Source: Ignavibacteriota bacterium (GTDB taxonomy: Bacteria > Bacteroidota > Ignavibacteria > UBA10030 > CAVZMI01). Taken from it: a stretch of DNA of 64,000 nt. Each line of letters starts with the position of its first letter. Position 1 is the stretch's first letter. The stretch spans positions 1 through 64,000 of the forward strand of contig CAVZMI010000025.1 of the NCBI GenBank assembly GCA_963776275.1. Direction: 5' to 3'. Under the pieces are notes generated by a model that made no database searches, was not told where the DNA came from, and was given only the letters and a program-made list of their open reading frames with translations. The position numbers were made by a program, and so were the translations under genes. Positions 20,438 to 30,645 of this stretch are shown here, one piece after another.

Positions 20438-23400
20438 ATGAAAACGATTTCGTCCTTACTACCGCGGAAGATACGAACAAGATATTGGTATATCGTCGTG
20501 TTGATTCTCGGATTAATGGCAGTCGATCGTATAGCCGAAGTATTGGTTGTCAGATATACCGAGGGGCGATGGGAGGATATACAGCGATCGAAATCGACCG
20601 CCGATCTCTCACGGGCAGTTTCGGCATTTCAAGAATATCAATCAAGTACAAATGAGTTATCGGAAAAGCTTCTTCATGCCCCGTCACTCGTTGCCGCACT
20701 GGAATCGGCGAAAGAAATACGCGATACGTTGCTCTTCTCGTTTCTCCATGATTTTCGATGCCCTGAGGACTGGAGCATCGAGATCTACGACTCGGCCTCG
20801 CATCTCATCGCTTGGAAGGGGAGAAGCATACCAATTGGCTATCGTGATATCGACAGCGCCCTCGCAGGAAAAACGTTCTCAGCTGTGTCACAGGGTGCCG
20901 TATATTCCTATCTTTCCATTATTTCTCCTTTTAATACCGGAAAAGTAACTGCTGTTGTTGTTGTCAGTCGAACCGTCGAAATTTCATATCCATTCCACAA
21001 TCGTTTTCTTGCGAGCTCGGGTATTCAGGAACTGGTGCGTCAGGAACTCGGTCAATCGGTGGAATATATATTTGACACGAACGGAAGTCCCGCTCAGGAT
21101 AGCGCACGCATCTCTGCAGAATTAATTAGCATCGATCATCGTCCAATCGGGATTGTAACCCTACCGATAATCGGGAAAACGGAATACCTCGCAGACGTTA
21201 ATCTTATATTTGACCATATCTTTGACGGAATGGTTACTATTCTTTCAATTGTCATACTAATCATAAGCTGGAAGTCTGCGAAATCGTTGTCTCCGTGGCG
21301 CCGGTTCATTCTTTTGTCTATCATATTATGGATTGTGCGTTATATATGGATTTTCTATGAAGTTCCCGGTGCATTTTTTGAAGAAAGCATCTTTAGTCCA
21401 CTCTACTTCGGATCACCGTTTGGTTTCGGACTCGCACAATCACTTGGTGATCTTTTTATTACAGTCGTCGTTGTTTTGGTCGAGGTGATTCTGATTCTGC
21501 TGGCAGTGATCGATACCGTTCGTCAGCAAATGATATTCACCTCACGGACTTTATCGATTGCTCTTCTCTTTATTGCGCCTTTTATATCTTCTCTGATTAT
21601 CCGGGGATATGCAGCGTCGGTATGGAGTGCCGTGTTCGATTCAACGATCACATTTAATGATCCGACGACAATTCTTCCGGGATATGTGACAGGTGTGATG
21701 GAATGTGCGCTTATTATATTGACATGTTCTTTGGTACTGTTTCTTATCGCCTTTTTCCTTTTTCTCGTCTTCGTGTTATTCATATCGCTTTTACGCGTGC
21801 ATCAGTATCGTGCTGTGTGGCTTATCGGTGGATGGCTGTTGATCGGCGGCTTGGTCTTTGGAATTCTCTCATTTTCTCAACTCATCACACAGTGGCTGAG
21901 AGGCGGATTGGTTGTTGCGACACTTCTCACAGCTGTCTGGCTATATAAATCACTGGTTAACGGTAAATCTTTATGGCGGGTGAGACGCCTGACATATCTT
22001 GTCCTGGGTTCTGTCATCGTCCTTCTTTTTGTCCGTTATGAGGCCGCGTACGAACGTGACCGTGATAAAGTTCAGGCGCTGGCGTTCGAGCTAATCCGTC
22101 CTGTCGATGCGTGGATGGAACATACGTTGCTCGATGTCTCGAAATCGGTATCGACAAACGACGAGGTTAAGAAAGCGCTCAGGAATGAAATGCTGTATGA
22201 TAGGCGTCTGAAAGTGGCTTTTACGACATGGGCTCAGAGTACGCTGAGCAAAGAAGGTTATAACTCAGCTGTGGTGATATTTGATTCTACACAGAAAATA
22301 ATCAGTCAGTTCGACATCGGAATTGAAAATGTGACGCGGGCGAACTTCACTCGCCGGCTCATTGCTCTTGAACAGAACGGCTTTCAACCCCGTCAGGTTC
22401 GATCGACCCGTCTTATCGGTGACTTGAGTATGTATGAATGTGCCGAACCTGTTCTCTCATCCGCGAACCGCAAACTCGGAACGATCTATATCGGTGTGGT
22501 AACGAGTCATAATGCTTTTACAAGACCGAATAATCCCGAAATACTCCGGGCAGGTATTCGGCCGACTCTTGAAACAAGTTTTCAGGAGCTGGTCTTTTCG
22601 GAATATAGGGGTGGAGTCATGGTTTCATCGACCGATGAGATCATGCCGCGTGAGCGGATGCTTCCGCCGGAAATGCAGCAGATGCTGAAAACACCGCAGC
22701 CGCAGATGGCATGGCTGAGCGAAAATATTAACGATCGATCGTTTCGAACTCTCTATGTACCTATGGAGGATGCGTCTGCAGGGAATATGCTTGGGATTAG
22801 TCTTGTCGAGCAGAATGTCCAGTGGAGGATCTTTATCGCTTCAAAATTGATGCTTTTTACTACGCTTCTCGTAACGCTTTTTTCGCTGGCGGTCATTATT
22901 TTTCGCGTATTTCGGTACGGAAGGCCGCGGATCTCATTTCGAACAAAACTCCTCCTCGGGCTTTTCTTTGTATCGCTCGTACCGCTGCTGATACTAAGCT
23001 ACGCAAATCGCCAGATCATGGTCGATCAAAGTAAACGATCGGTACAGCGTGAGCTGGCCCGGGAACTCGATATTGTCGTCTCAAACCTCATGAACGGCGT
23101 CTCGAAGGAAGATGATACCATCTGGCAGCTCATCGATGACGTAAGGTGCCAGCAGATTTCAATGCAGACCGGGATTGATTTCTATCTCTTTAATAACGGC
23201 CGGCTGGAAGCTACAAGCAGGCCCGAACTCTTCGTCTCCGAACTCGTGGATCTACGGTTGAGCGCCGATGCATATGCCCGGACGGTCATCGAAGGTGATA
23301 ATTTTTATAGTGAAATATCGAAAATCGGACGCTATCGATATACTACGGGATATCGTCCGATTCGTGATCGTCACGGCGAAGTGGCAATAGTGATCGCAGT

Positions 23401-24370
23401 CCCGACCATTACCCGCCAGTCGGATATCTATCAGGATCTCGTCATGGTAAATGCGTTTCTCTTTGCCGGATATTTTGTCGTGGCGTTATTTATTGTCGTA
23501 ACTGGAAGCATCATTGCTCACCGTATCACGCTGCCGCTTCGCACTTTAAGAACGGCAACACAGGATATTGCACAAGGTCGCTTTGATTTCTCACTTCCTG
23601 TTCATCGTACGGATGAGATTGGCGATCTGGTACAATCTTTCAACAGCATGGCGCATGAATTGCAGCAAAGCCGTGAACAGCTGGCAAAAGCTGAACGAGA
23701 ACTCGCATGGAAAGAAATGGCAAAACAGGTTGCTCACGAGATAAAGAATCCGCTTACCCCGATCAAACTATCGATTCAACATCTTCGTCAGGCTTATGCG
23801 GACAGGGTTGATAATTTTGGAGACATCCTGCAGCGGGTAACGAAGACAATCATAGAACAAATCGAGGTTCTCAGTCGTATTGCATCCGAATTCTCGCACT
23901 TTGCACGGATGCCTCGACAACGGATCGAAGAATGCGATATAAACGAGATGCTCGACGAATCAGTAACCCTTTTTCAGGATGAAAAACGGATTGCATTTCA
24001 CAGAAATTTTGCCGATACTATGCCACTTGTTGTTGCCGATCGTGAAGAGCTACGTCGTGCCTTCGTCAATATTCTCCGTAATGCAGTTCAGGCAATTCCC
24101 CAGACAGGCACGATCACGGTGATGACGGTCGTGGAAAAGGGGAATATAATTATCGATATACGTGATACCGGGGTTGGCATTCCGGAAGAAATCCGCGACA
24201 AGCTCTTTGAGCCGAGTTTTTCAACAAAGACTGACGGGATGGGGTTAGGGCTCGCTCTTGTAAAGAAAACGATCGAGGATCTTCATGGAACGATTACCGT
24301 AGTCAGTCAGCCGGGCGAGGGTACACAAGTCACAATCCAACTCCCCGCCGCAGCGCCCACCCATCTGTGA
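20438..24370 (+). CDS. Large multi-TM sensor histidine kinase (NtrY-like, HAMP-HisKA-HATPase)
   Basis: 'DEIGDLVQSFNSM' HAMP, 'WKEMAKQVAHEIKNPLTP', 'NILRNA', 'DTGVGI', 'GMGLGL'. Confidence 0.93.
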   Translation: MKTISSLLPRKIRTRYWYIVVLILGLMAVDRIAEVLVVRYTEGRWEDIQRSKSTADLSRAVSAFQEYQSSTNELSEKLLHAPSLVAALESAKEIRDTLLFSFLHDFRCPEDWSIEIYDSASHLIAWKGRSIPIGYRDIDSALAGKTFSAVSQGAVYSYLSIISPFNTGKVTAVVVVSRTVEISYPFHNRFLASSGIQELVRQELGQSVEYIFDTNGSPAQDSARISAELISIDHRPIGIVTLPIIGKTEYLADVNLIFDHIFDGMVTILSIVILIISWKSAKSLSPWRRFILLSIILWIVRYIWIFYEVPGAFFEESIFSPLYFGSPFGFGLAQSLGDLFITVVVVLVEVILILLAVIDTVRQQMIFTSRTLSIALLFIAPFISSLIIRGYAASVWSAVFDSTITFNDPTTILPGYVTGVMECALIILTCSLVLFLIAFFLFLVFVLFISLLRVHQYRAVWLIGGWLLIGGLVFGILSFSQLITQWLRGGLVVATLLTAVWLYKSLVNGKSLWRVRRLTYLVLGSVIVLLFVRYEAAYERDRDKVQALAFELIRPVDAWMEHTLLDVSKSVSTNDEVKKALRNEMLYDRRLKVAFTTWAQSTLSKEGYNSAVVIFDSTQKIISQFDIGIENVTRANFTRRLIALEQNGFQPRQVRSTRLIGDLSMYECAEPVLSSANRKLGTIYIGVVTSHNAFTRPNNPEILRAGIRPTLETSFQELVFSEYRGGVMVSSTDEIMPRERMLPPEMQQMLKTPQPQMAWLSENINDRSFRTLYVPMEDASAGNMLGISLVEQNVQWRIFIASKLMLFTTLLVTLFSLAVIIFRVFRYGRPRISFRTKLLLGLFFVSLVPLLILSYANRQIMVDQSKRSVQRELARELDIVVSNLMNGVSKEDDTIWQLIDDVRCQQISMQTGIDFYLFNNGRLEATSRPELFVSELVDLRLSADAYARTVIEGDNFYSEISKIGRYRYTTGYRPIRDRHGEVAIVIAVPTITRQSDIYQDLVMVNAFLFAGYFVVALFIVVTGSIIAHRITLPLRTLRTATQDIAQGRFDFSLPVHRTDEIGDLVQSFNSMAHELQQSREQLAKAERELAWKEMAKQVAHEIKNPLTPIKLSIQHLRQAYADRVDNFGDILQRVTKTIIEQIEVLSRIASEFSHFARMPRQRIEECDINEMLDESVTLFQDEKRIAFHRNFADTMPLVVADREELRRAFVNILRNAVQAIPQTGTITVMTVVEKGNIIIDIRDTGVGIPEEIRDKLFEPSFSTKTDGMGLGLALVKKTIEDLHGTITVVSQPGEGTQVTIQLPAAAPTHL

Positions 24371-24426
24371 GTCCGACGACTTACCGGTCTTTGCCGCGTG
24401 ACGCCACAGTAAAAGGAGACGGTGCC

Positions 24427-25752
24427 ATGAAAGCGAAGAAGCGAAAGTCCGATTTGAAATCGCAGCAGCACTGTGCAATGGAAACGTTGCTCATTCATGG
24501 TAAGGCCTTCACCACGAAGTGGGACTATAGTCACCAGCTGGTACCTCCGATATCTTCATCCGCGACTTTCAGACTAGACAGTGCAAAACGGGGTGCACAG
24601 GGATTTGTGGAATTCGCACACACCAAAGAATCACCGACAAAAGCGCCGATCTATATCTACGACAGGCTTGGAGAACCGAATAAAGGACTCCTCGAAGAAA
24701 GCCTCGCATTTGCCGAACGGGGCGAAGCAGCCGTTACGTTTGCAACCGGGATGGCTGCCGTCTCTGCTGCACTGGGAATTCTTACGATATCGGGAGACGA
24801 AATCATAGCGCATGATGCGCTCTATGGATGTACATTTTCACTCATGCGAAACTGGTACCCGCGATACAATATCGGAGTCCGGTTACTCAATATGACGAAC
24901 CTGAAGCTGCTCCGGAAGCACATCACTTCTAATACCCGCGTTCTATATTTCGAAAGTCCTGTGAATCCCAATCTCGACCTCATCGATATAGCTGCAATAG
25001 CCCGAATGGTCAAGGAAGAAAATGCACATCGCCGTCCGCATCATCAGATATATACTGTCATCGATAATACGTTCGCCACACCATTCTGCCAGCGTCCATT
25101 GGAAATGGGGGCGGATTTTGTCGTGCATTCACTGACAAAGAATATAGGGGGATTCGGAACGGATATGGGAGGAGCAGTGATCGGTCCGGAATGGAGCCGC
25201 GACCGCCTTCTTCTATATCGGAAAGATTTTGGCGGTGTCCTGGCAGGGAAAAGTGCATGGCCGATTCTTGTGTACGGGCTCCCGACCCTCGCGGTGCGTT
25301 TGAAACATCAGGAACGTTCCGCACACGAAATTGCCACATTTCTTTCGCTTGATGAACGAATCGAGACCGTTAGATATCCCGGACTCGAATCGCATCCGCA
25401 ATATGAGCTCGCAAGACGGCAGCTGATCGATTACGAAGGAAATTTTGCACCAGGATCATTGATCTATTTTATACTGAAAGGGCGAACTCCAAAAGAACGA
25501 CGGCAGCGGGGTGAAAAACTTATAAATTGGATCGCAAAATATGCCTATACAATAACACTTGCAGTAAGCCTGGGAAATATCCGTACACTCATCGAACACC
25601 CAAGCTCGATGACCCATTCCGCAATTCCAGCAAGTGAACAGGAAAAAGCCGGAATTGATCCAGGTGGACTTCGTCTCTCCGTCGGGATGGAATGCGTCGA
25701 TGATATAATAAGCGATTTGAAAAAAGGGCTCATGGTGTTACGTCAAAAATAA
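24427..25752 (+). CDS. PLP-dependent trans-sulfuration enzyme (methionine gamma-lyase-like)
   Basis: 'YDRLGEP', 'ESPVNP', 'DNTFATP', 'HSLTK', 'AVSLG', 'RLSVG'; AAGGAG RBS. Confidence 0.85.
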   Translation: MKAKKRKSDLKSQQHCAMETLLIHGKAFTTKWDYSHQLVPPISSSATFRLDSAKRGAQGFVEFAHTKESPTKAPIYIYDRLGEPNKGLLEESLAFAERGEAAVTFATGMAAVSAALGILTISGDEIIAHDALYGCTFSLMRNWYPRYNIGVRLLNMTNLKLLRKHITSNTRVLYFESPVNPNLDLIDIAAIARMVKEENAHRRPHHQIYTVIDNTFATPFCQRPLEMGADFVVHSLTKNIGGFGTDMGGAVIGPEWSRDRLLLYRKDFGGVLAGKSAWPILVYGLPTLAVRLKHQERSAHEIATFLSLDERIETVRYPGLESHPQYELARRQLIDYEGNFAPGSLIYFILKGRTPKERRQRGEKLINWIAKYAYTITLAVSLGNIRTLIEHPSSMTHSAIPASEQEKAGIDPGGLRLSVGMECVDDIISDLKKGLMVLRQK

Positions 25753-25761
25753 ACTCTGCAC

Positions 25762-26503
25762 ATGCCGCAGCTGACCATTCTCAGGCCAAAAATATTTCAA
25801 CCATATCCCGCAGTGGTTGCGGCGTTTTCAACCCGTGTGGGAGGCGTAAGCCCCGGTCTGTACGGACTCAACCTGAGTTTCAATGCAGGTGACGACCGGC
25901 TGAATGTGATTCGAAATCGGGAATTGTTTTTTGGGCGGCTTCACATCGGTCTCGACGAGCTCGCAATTCCAATTCAGTGTCACAGTACGAATATCGTTCA
26001 TGCAAAAACACCGGGAGGATTCGAGAACAGTGATGGACTGATGACAAAGGAATTTGGCGTATTCCTTACTGTAAGTGTGGCAGATTGTGTTCCGATTCTT
26101 ATCTATGATCCTGTTCATAAAGCTGTTGCCATTCTTCATGCAGGGTGGCGCGGGACTGCCAATGGCATTGTGAAATTCGGACTCGAGGCATTGCATATTA
26201 CATTTGGTTCTATTCCTGCCAATATCATTGCATGCCTTGGCTGCAGCCGGGGGATGCTGTTATGAAGTAGATGAGGAGGTTGCCCATCGATTTCCAGCGA
26301 AGGTGGTGGATCGCTCCGGATTGAAGCCTCGTGTAGACTTGAAAAGGGCAAATAAGGATGAGCTTGTAACTCAAGGTGTTCCGGGAGAGTCCATTGAAAT
26401 ATATGCACAATGTACAATTCATGAATCTGATCTTTTTCATTCTTACCGGCGTGATGGAAAAATGGGTGGGAGAATGATGGGCGTTATCGGGATTGTACGA
26501 TAA
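25762..26503 (+). CDS. pgeF: Peptidoglycan editing factor PgeF/YfiH (apparent indel near 26240)
   Basis: 'STRVGGVS', 'ADCVPILI', 'HAGWRG', then 'CCYEV', 'HSYRRDG' in the second frame. Confidence 0.85.
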
Positions 26504-26535
26504 AAATTAGTCTAGGAAAAAATAAAAGGAGCAGT

Positions 26536-28362
26536 ATGTGCGGAATCGTAGGTTATATCGGTTACAAAGAAGCGCTTCCGATAATTATGGATGGCCTAAA
26601 ACGTCTTGAATATCGGGGATATGACTCGGCTGGAATCGCTTTGATGGATAACGGTGATTTGCGAATCCAAAAAAAGGCCGGCAAGGTTTCGGATCTCGTG
26701 CGCATTCTTGATAGTTCGAAAGCGACAGTAGGCATAGGACACACACGATGGGCTACGCATGGTGAACCGAACGATCGGAATGCCCACCCCCACCGGGATT
26801 CGTCGGGTTCAATCGCTCTCGTTCATAACGGAATAATTGAAAATCATGCGTCCATCCGTCAGACACTCGAACGCGGGGGATGCACCTTCACGACAGAGAC
26901 GGATACCGAAGCGATGGTTCAGCTGATCGGAAAGTTTCATGACGGCACGACGGATATTGAGACAGCGGTCCGCCGTGCATTGAAGGAAATTACCGGAACG
27001 TTTGGGATTGCCGTGATTTGCAAGGATGAACCGGACAAGATTATTGTGGCAAGAAAAGGGAGCCCTCTGGTTATCGGACTCGGTGAAAATGAAAATTTTA
27101 TTGCATCCGATGCCTCGGCATTTCTTCCTTATACCCGACAAACCATGGTATTAGGCGAGGACGAGATTGCAATCGTAACGCGAAAGGGTGTTACTACAAA
27201 GAACATCGAGAATATTGAAATTACAAAGGAAGTCGAAGAAATAACCCTCGACATCGAAGCAATTGAAAAGGGAGGATATCCCCACTTCATGCTGAAAGAG
27301 ATACACGCCCAACCTGAAACGCTGACGGATGCAATGCGCGGAAGAGTGTTGAAAAAAGAAGGAACGATAAAACTGGGCGGCCTGACCGATGTCGTGCCGG
27401 ATCTGCTGCACGCAGAACGATTCATCCTTACCGCATGTGGAACCTCATGGCACGCGGCATTGATCGGAAAGTATATGCTCGAACAATATGCAAGGATTCC
27501 CGTCGAAGTCGATTATGCATCCGAATTTCGCTATCGGGATCCGATTATACAACCGAACACTATTGTGTGGGTTATCAGTCAGAGCGGGGAAACTACAGAT
27601 ACTCTTTCAGCCCTGCGGGAGGCGAAGAACAAAGGGGCCAAAGTGTTCGGTATCTGCAATGTTGTGGGTTCAATGATTGCCCGTGAGACCGATGCGGGTG
27701 TCTATATCCATGCGGGTCCTGAAATTGGTGTTGCATCGACCAAGGCTTTCACATCGCAGCTGGTCGTGCTTGCTTTGATCACTCTGTTGATGGCCCGTCT
27801 GCGAGGAATCTCGAATAACCGGACCGATCAACTCTTCGATGAGATGCTGAGCATTCCGGAAAAAGTGAAAAAGATTTTCGATGAGGAAGAACACATAAAA
27901 GAAATTGCGGTTGATTATGCCAACAATCATAATTTTCTCTATCTCGGAAGAGGTTATAATTTCCCGGTGGCGCTGGAAGGAGCACTGAAACTTAAAGAAG
28001 TCTCCTATATCCATGCCGAAGGATATCCTGCGGCGGAAATGAAGCACGGACCAATTGCCCTGATCGATGAACGGATGCCCGTCGTCTTTATCGCACCACA
28101 TGATCGGACATATGAAAAAATTCTCGGGAATATCCAGGAGGTCAAGGCCAGACATGGAAGCATTCTGGCCGTGACAGATAAGAAGGATTCCAGGCTTGAA
28201 TCGTTGGTCGAACATACTATTTGTGTTCCTGATACGGTGGAATTTCTCTCTCCGATATTAACGATTATCCCCCTCCAATTGCTTGCATATTACATCGCAA
28301 TTCAGAGAGGATGCGATGTCGATCAGCCAAGGAATCTGGCAAAAAGTGTGACAGTAGAATAA
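26536..28362 (+). CDS. glmS: Glutamine-fructose-6-phosphate aminotransferase
   Basis: 'MCGIVG', 'GHTRWATHG', 'SQSGET', 'PRNLAKSVTVE'. Confidence 0.98.
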   Translation: MCGIVGYIGYKEALPIIMDGLKRLEYRGYDSAGIALMDNGDLRIQKKAGKVSDLVRILDSSKATVGIGHTRWATHGEPNDRNAHPHRDSSGSIALVHNGIIENHASIRQTLERGGCTFTTETDTEAMVQLIGKFHDGTTDIETAVRRALKEITGTFGIAVICKDEPDKIIVARKGSPLVIGLGENENFIASDASAFLPYTRQTMVLGEDEIAIVTRKGVTTKNIENIEITKEVEEITLDIEAIEKGGYPHFMLKEIHAQPETLTDAMRGRVLKKEGTIKLGGLTDVVPDLLHAERFILTACGTSWHAALIGKYMLEQYARIPVEVDYASEFRYRDPIIQPNTIVWVISQSGETTDTLSALREAKNKGAKVFGICNVVGSMIARETDAGVYIHAGPEIGVASTKAFTSQLVVLALITLLMARLRGISNNRTDQLFDEMLSIPEKVKKIFDEEEHIKEIAVDYANNHNFLYLGRGYNFPVALEGALKLKEVSYIHAEGYPAAEMKHGPIALIDERMPVVFIAPHDRTYEKILGNIQEVKARHGSILAVTDKKDSRLESLVEHTICVPDTVEFLSPILTIIPLQLLAYYIAIQRGCDVDQPRNLAKSVTVE

Positions 28363-28380
28363 TATTCTTTATGAGGGTAT

Positions 28381-29712
28381 ATGAAGCGGATTAACGTATT
28401 GATAATGGGAGCGGCAGGAAGGGATTTCCATAATTTCAACACCGTCTTTCGCGATAATGAATGCTATAATGTTGTTGCGTTTACTGCGACCCAGATCCCA
28501 AATATTGAAGGAAGAAAATACCCGGCCGAGCTGGCAGGACGGTCGTATCCAACCGGAATTCCAATTTTTACCGAATCGGAACTTCCAAAATTGATCGCAC
28601 AATATAATATAGATGAAGTGGTTTTTTCATACTCGGATGTGAGTTATCAGTATGTTATGGAACGAAGCGCAATTGCCATGGCTGCCGGAGCTGACTTTAA
28701 AGTACTCGGTACTCGACATACGATGCTGAAGAGTTCCGTCCCCGTCATTGCCGTCGTCGCTGTACGCACCGGCTGCGGGAAGAGTCAAACGTCGCGAAAG
28801 GTGTGCAACCTGATGCGTACAATGGGAAAGAGAGTCGTCGCGGTCAGGCATCCTATGCCGTATGGCGATCTTGTGAAACAAAAAGTTCAGCGCTACGGCT
28901 CGATCGATGACATGAAACGAAACCAGTGTACCATTGAAGAAATGGAGGAATATGAACCCCATATAGTCAATGGAACAATTATTTATGCTGGCGTCGATTA
29001 CGAAGCTATTCTACGCGAAGCCGAGAAAGAAGCCGATGTAATTGTGTGGGACGGCGGGAATAACGATATGTCGTTCTATAAGCCCGATCTCACCATTACG
29101 GTTGTCGATCCACACCGGCCGGGCCATGAATTAACCTATTATCCGGGTGCGACGAACGTCAGACTTGCCGATGTCGTCGTAATCAATAAGGTCGAATCGG
29201 CATCCCGCGAAAATGTGGATATCGTCAGAAAAAACATCCGGACGCTGAACCCCCATGCGATAATTGTCGAAGCGGCATCGCCAATATCGGTGGATAATGA
29301 AAGAGTAATAAGCGGAAAACGGGTGTTGGTGGTTGAAGACGGACCGACGCTCACACATGGAGAGATGACTTTCGGAGCAGGCATCATAGCGGCAAAAAAA
29401 TATGGCGCGTCGGAAATTATCGACCCACGCCCGTGGGTCGTCGATTCAATCGCCGAAACATTCAGAAAATATCCAAAAATAGGAATGCTCCTGCCGGCCA
29501 TGGGATACGGGAAAAAACAGCTTAAAGATCTTGAAACGACAATTAATCGCGTCGATTGCGACGCCGTGATAATTGGAACGCCGATCGATTTACGCCGCGA
29601 AATTACCATCAAGAAACCGTCGGTTCGCGTCCGTTATGAACTGGATGAGATAGCCCGCCCCGACCTCAGAGAAATTCTGACAAACTTTTTTAACTCACGA
29701 AAAACGTCATAG
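28381..29712 (+). CDS. P-loop protein of the cyclic-2,3-DPG synthetase-like (COG2403) family; probable arginine synthetase ArcE
   Basis: 'GAAGRDFHNFN', 'RTGCGKSQ' P-loop, 'RHPMPYG', 'EEYEPH', 'WDGGNND', 'EDGPTLTHG'; directly upstream of OTCase and carbamate kinase. Confidence 0.8.
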   Translation: MKRINVLIMGAAGRDFHNFNTVFRDNECYNVVAFTATQIPNIEGRKYPAELAGRSYPTGIPIFTESELPKLIAQYNIDEVVFSYSDVSYQYVMERSAIAMAAGADFKVLGTRHTMLKSSVPVIAVVAVRTGCGKSQTSRKVCNLMRTMGKRVVAVRHPMPYGDLVKQKVQRYGSIDDMKRNQCTIEEMEEYEPHIVNGTIIYAGVDYEAILREAEKEADVIVWDGGNNDMSFYKPDLTITVVDPHRPGHELTYYPGATNVRLADVVVINKVESASRENVDIVRKNIRTLNPHAIIVEAASPISVDNERVISGKRVLVVEDGPTLTHGEMTFGAGIIAAKKYGASEIIDPRPWVVDSIAETFRKYPKIGMLLPAMGYGKKQLKDLETTINRVDCDAVIIGTPIDLRREITIKKPSVRVRYELDEIARPDLREILTNFFNSRKTS

Positions 29713-29718
29713 GAGATC

Positions 29719-30642
29719 ATGTCAGTGAAGAAAGATTTTATATCGATTCATGATTGGACCGTCGATGAAATACAACATTTTTTCACAATCGCTGAGGATA
29801 TGAAGGCAAATCAATCATCGTACTGGACGGTTCTCAGAGGCAAAACGCTTGCGATGATTTTCGAGAAGCAGTCGCTTCGGACCCGTGTGACGTTCCAGGT
29901 CGGCATTCAGCAGCTCGGTGGTCATGCCGTCTATCTTGCTCCTGTCGATATCAGTCTGGGAAAACGCGAATCTGTCTATGATATTGCTAAAAATCTCGAA
30001 CGATGGGTCGATGGAATTATGATCCGGACGTTCGGCCATTCGATCTGTACCGATATGGCACGTTACGCAAAGATCCCGGTGATTAATGGGCTGACCGATC
30101 TCCTACATCCCTGTCAGGCAATGGCCGATTATTTCACAATGCTTGAAATTAAAAAGACGTTGAAGGGATTGAAGGTCGCGTTTGCTGGCGATGGTAACAA
30201 TGTGTCGCATTCTCTCATGTTCGGCGGAGCAAAAGTAGGCGCTCATGTATGGGTGGCCACACCTAAGGGATACGAGCCGAAGAAAGAAATTATCGACAGC
30301 GCCCGTGACGATGCAAAGCAGACAGGCGCCACGATTACTGTGACTAACGATCTTGCCGAAGCAGTCCGGAATGCTGACGTTGTCTATACAGATGTGTGGG
30401 CAAGCATGGGACAGGAATCCGAGGCTGAAGTCCGTGACAGGATATTCAGGCCTTATCAGGTGAATAGTAACGTGATGAGACTTGCAAAGCCCGATGCGAT
30501 ATTCTTGCATTGCCTGCCTGCACATCGGGGAGATGAAGTCACAGACGAGGTAATCGATTCACCACAATCGGTTGTGTTCCAGGAGGCGGAGAACCGACTT
30601 CACGTCCAAAAAGCGATCATGTATGAATTAATGAAAGGGTAG
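29719..30642 (+). CDS. arcB: Ornithine carbamoyltransferase (probably catabolic)
   Basis: 'SLRTR', 'HPCQ', 'SMGQE', 'HCLP', 'AENRLH'. Confidence 0.93.
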   Translation: MSVKKDFISIHDWTVDEIQHFFTIAEDMKANQSSYWTVLRGKTLAMIFEKQSLRTRVTFQVGIQQLGGHAVYLAPVDISLGKRESVYDIAKNLERWVDGIMIRTFGHSICTDMARYAKIPVINGLTDLLHPCQAMADYFTMLEIKKTLKGLKVAFAGDGNNVSHSLMFGGAKVGAHVWVATPKGYEPKKEIIDSARDDAKQTGATITVTNDLAEAVRNADVVYTDVWASMGQESEAEVRDRIFRPYQVNSNVMRLAKPDAIFLHCLPAHRGDEVTDEVIDSPQSVVFQEAENRLHVQKAIMYELMKG

Positions 30643-30645
30643 TGT

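Noticed and set aside
26504-26535. glmS ribozyme
   Set aside because: Only 32 nt separate pgeF and glmS; no room and no motif.
28381-29712. Cyclic 2,3-diphosphoglycerate synthesis
   Set aside because: No 2-phosphoglycerate kinase nearby; the OTCase and carbamate kinase context favours arginine synthetase.
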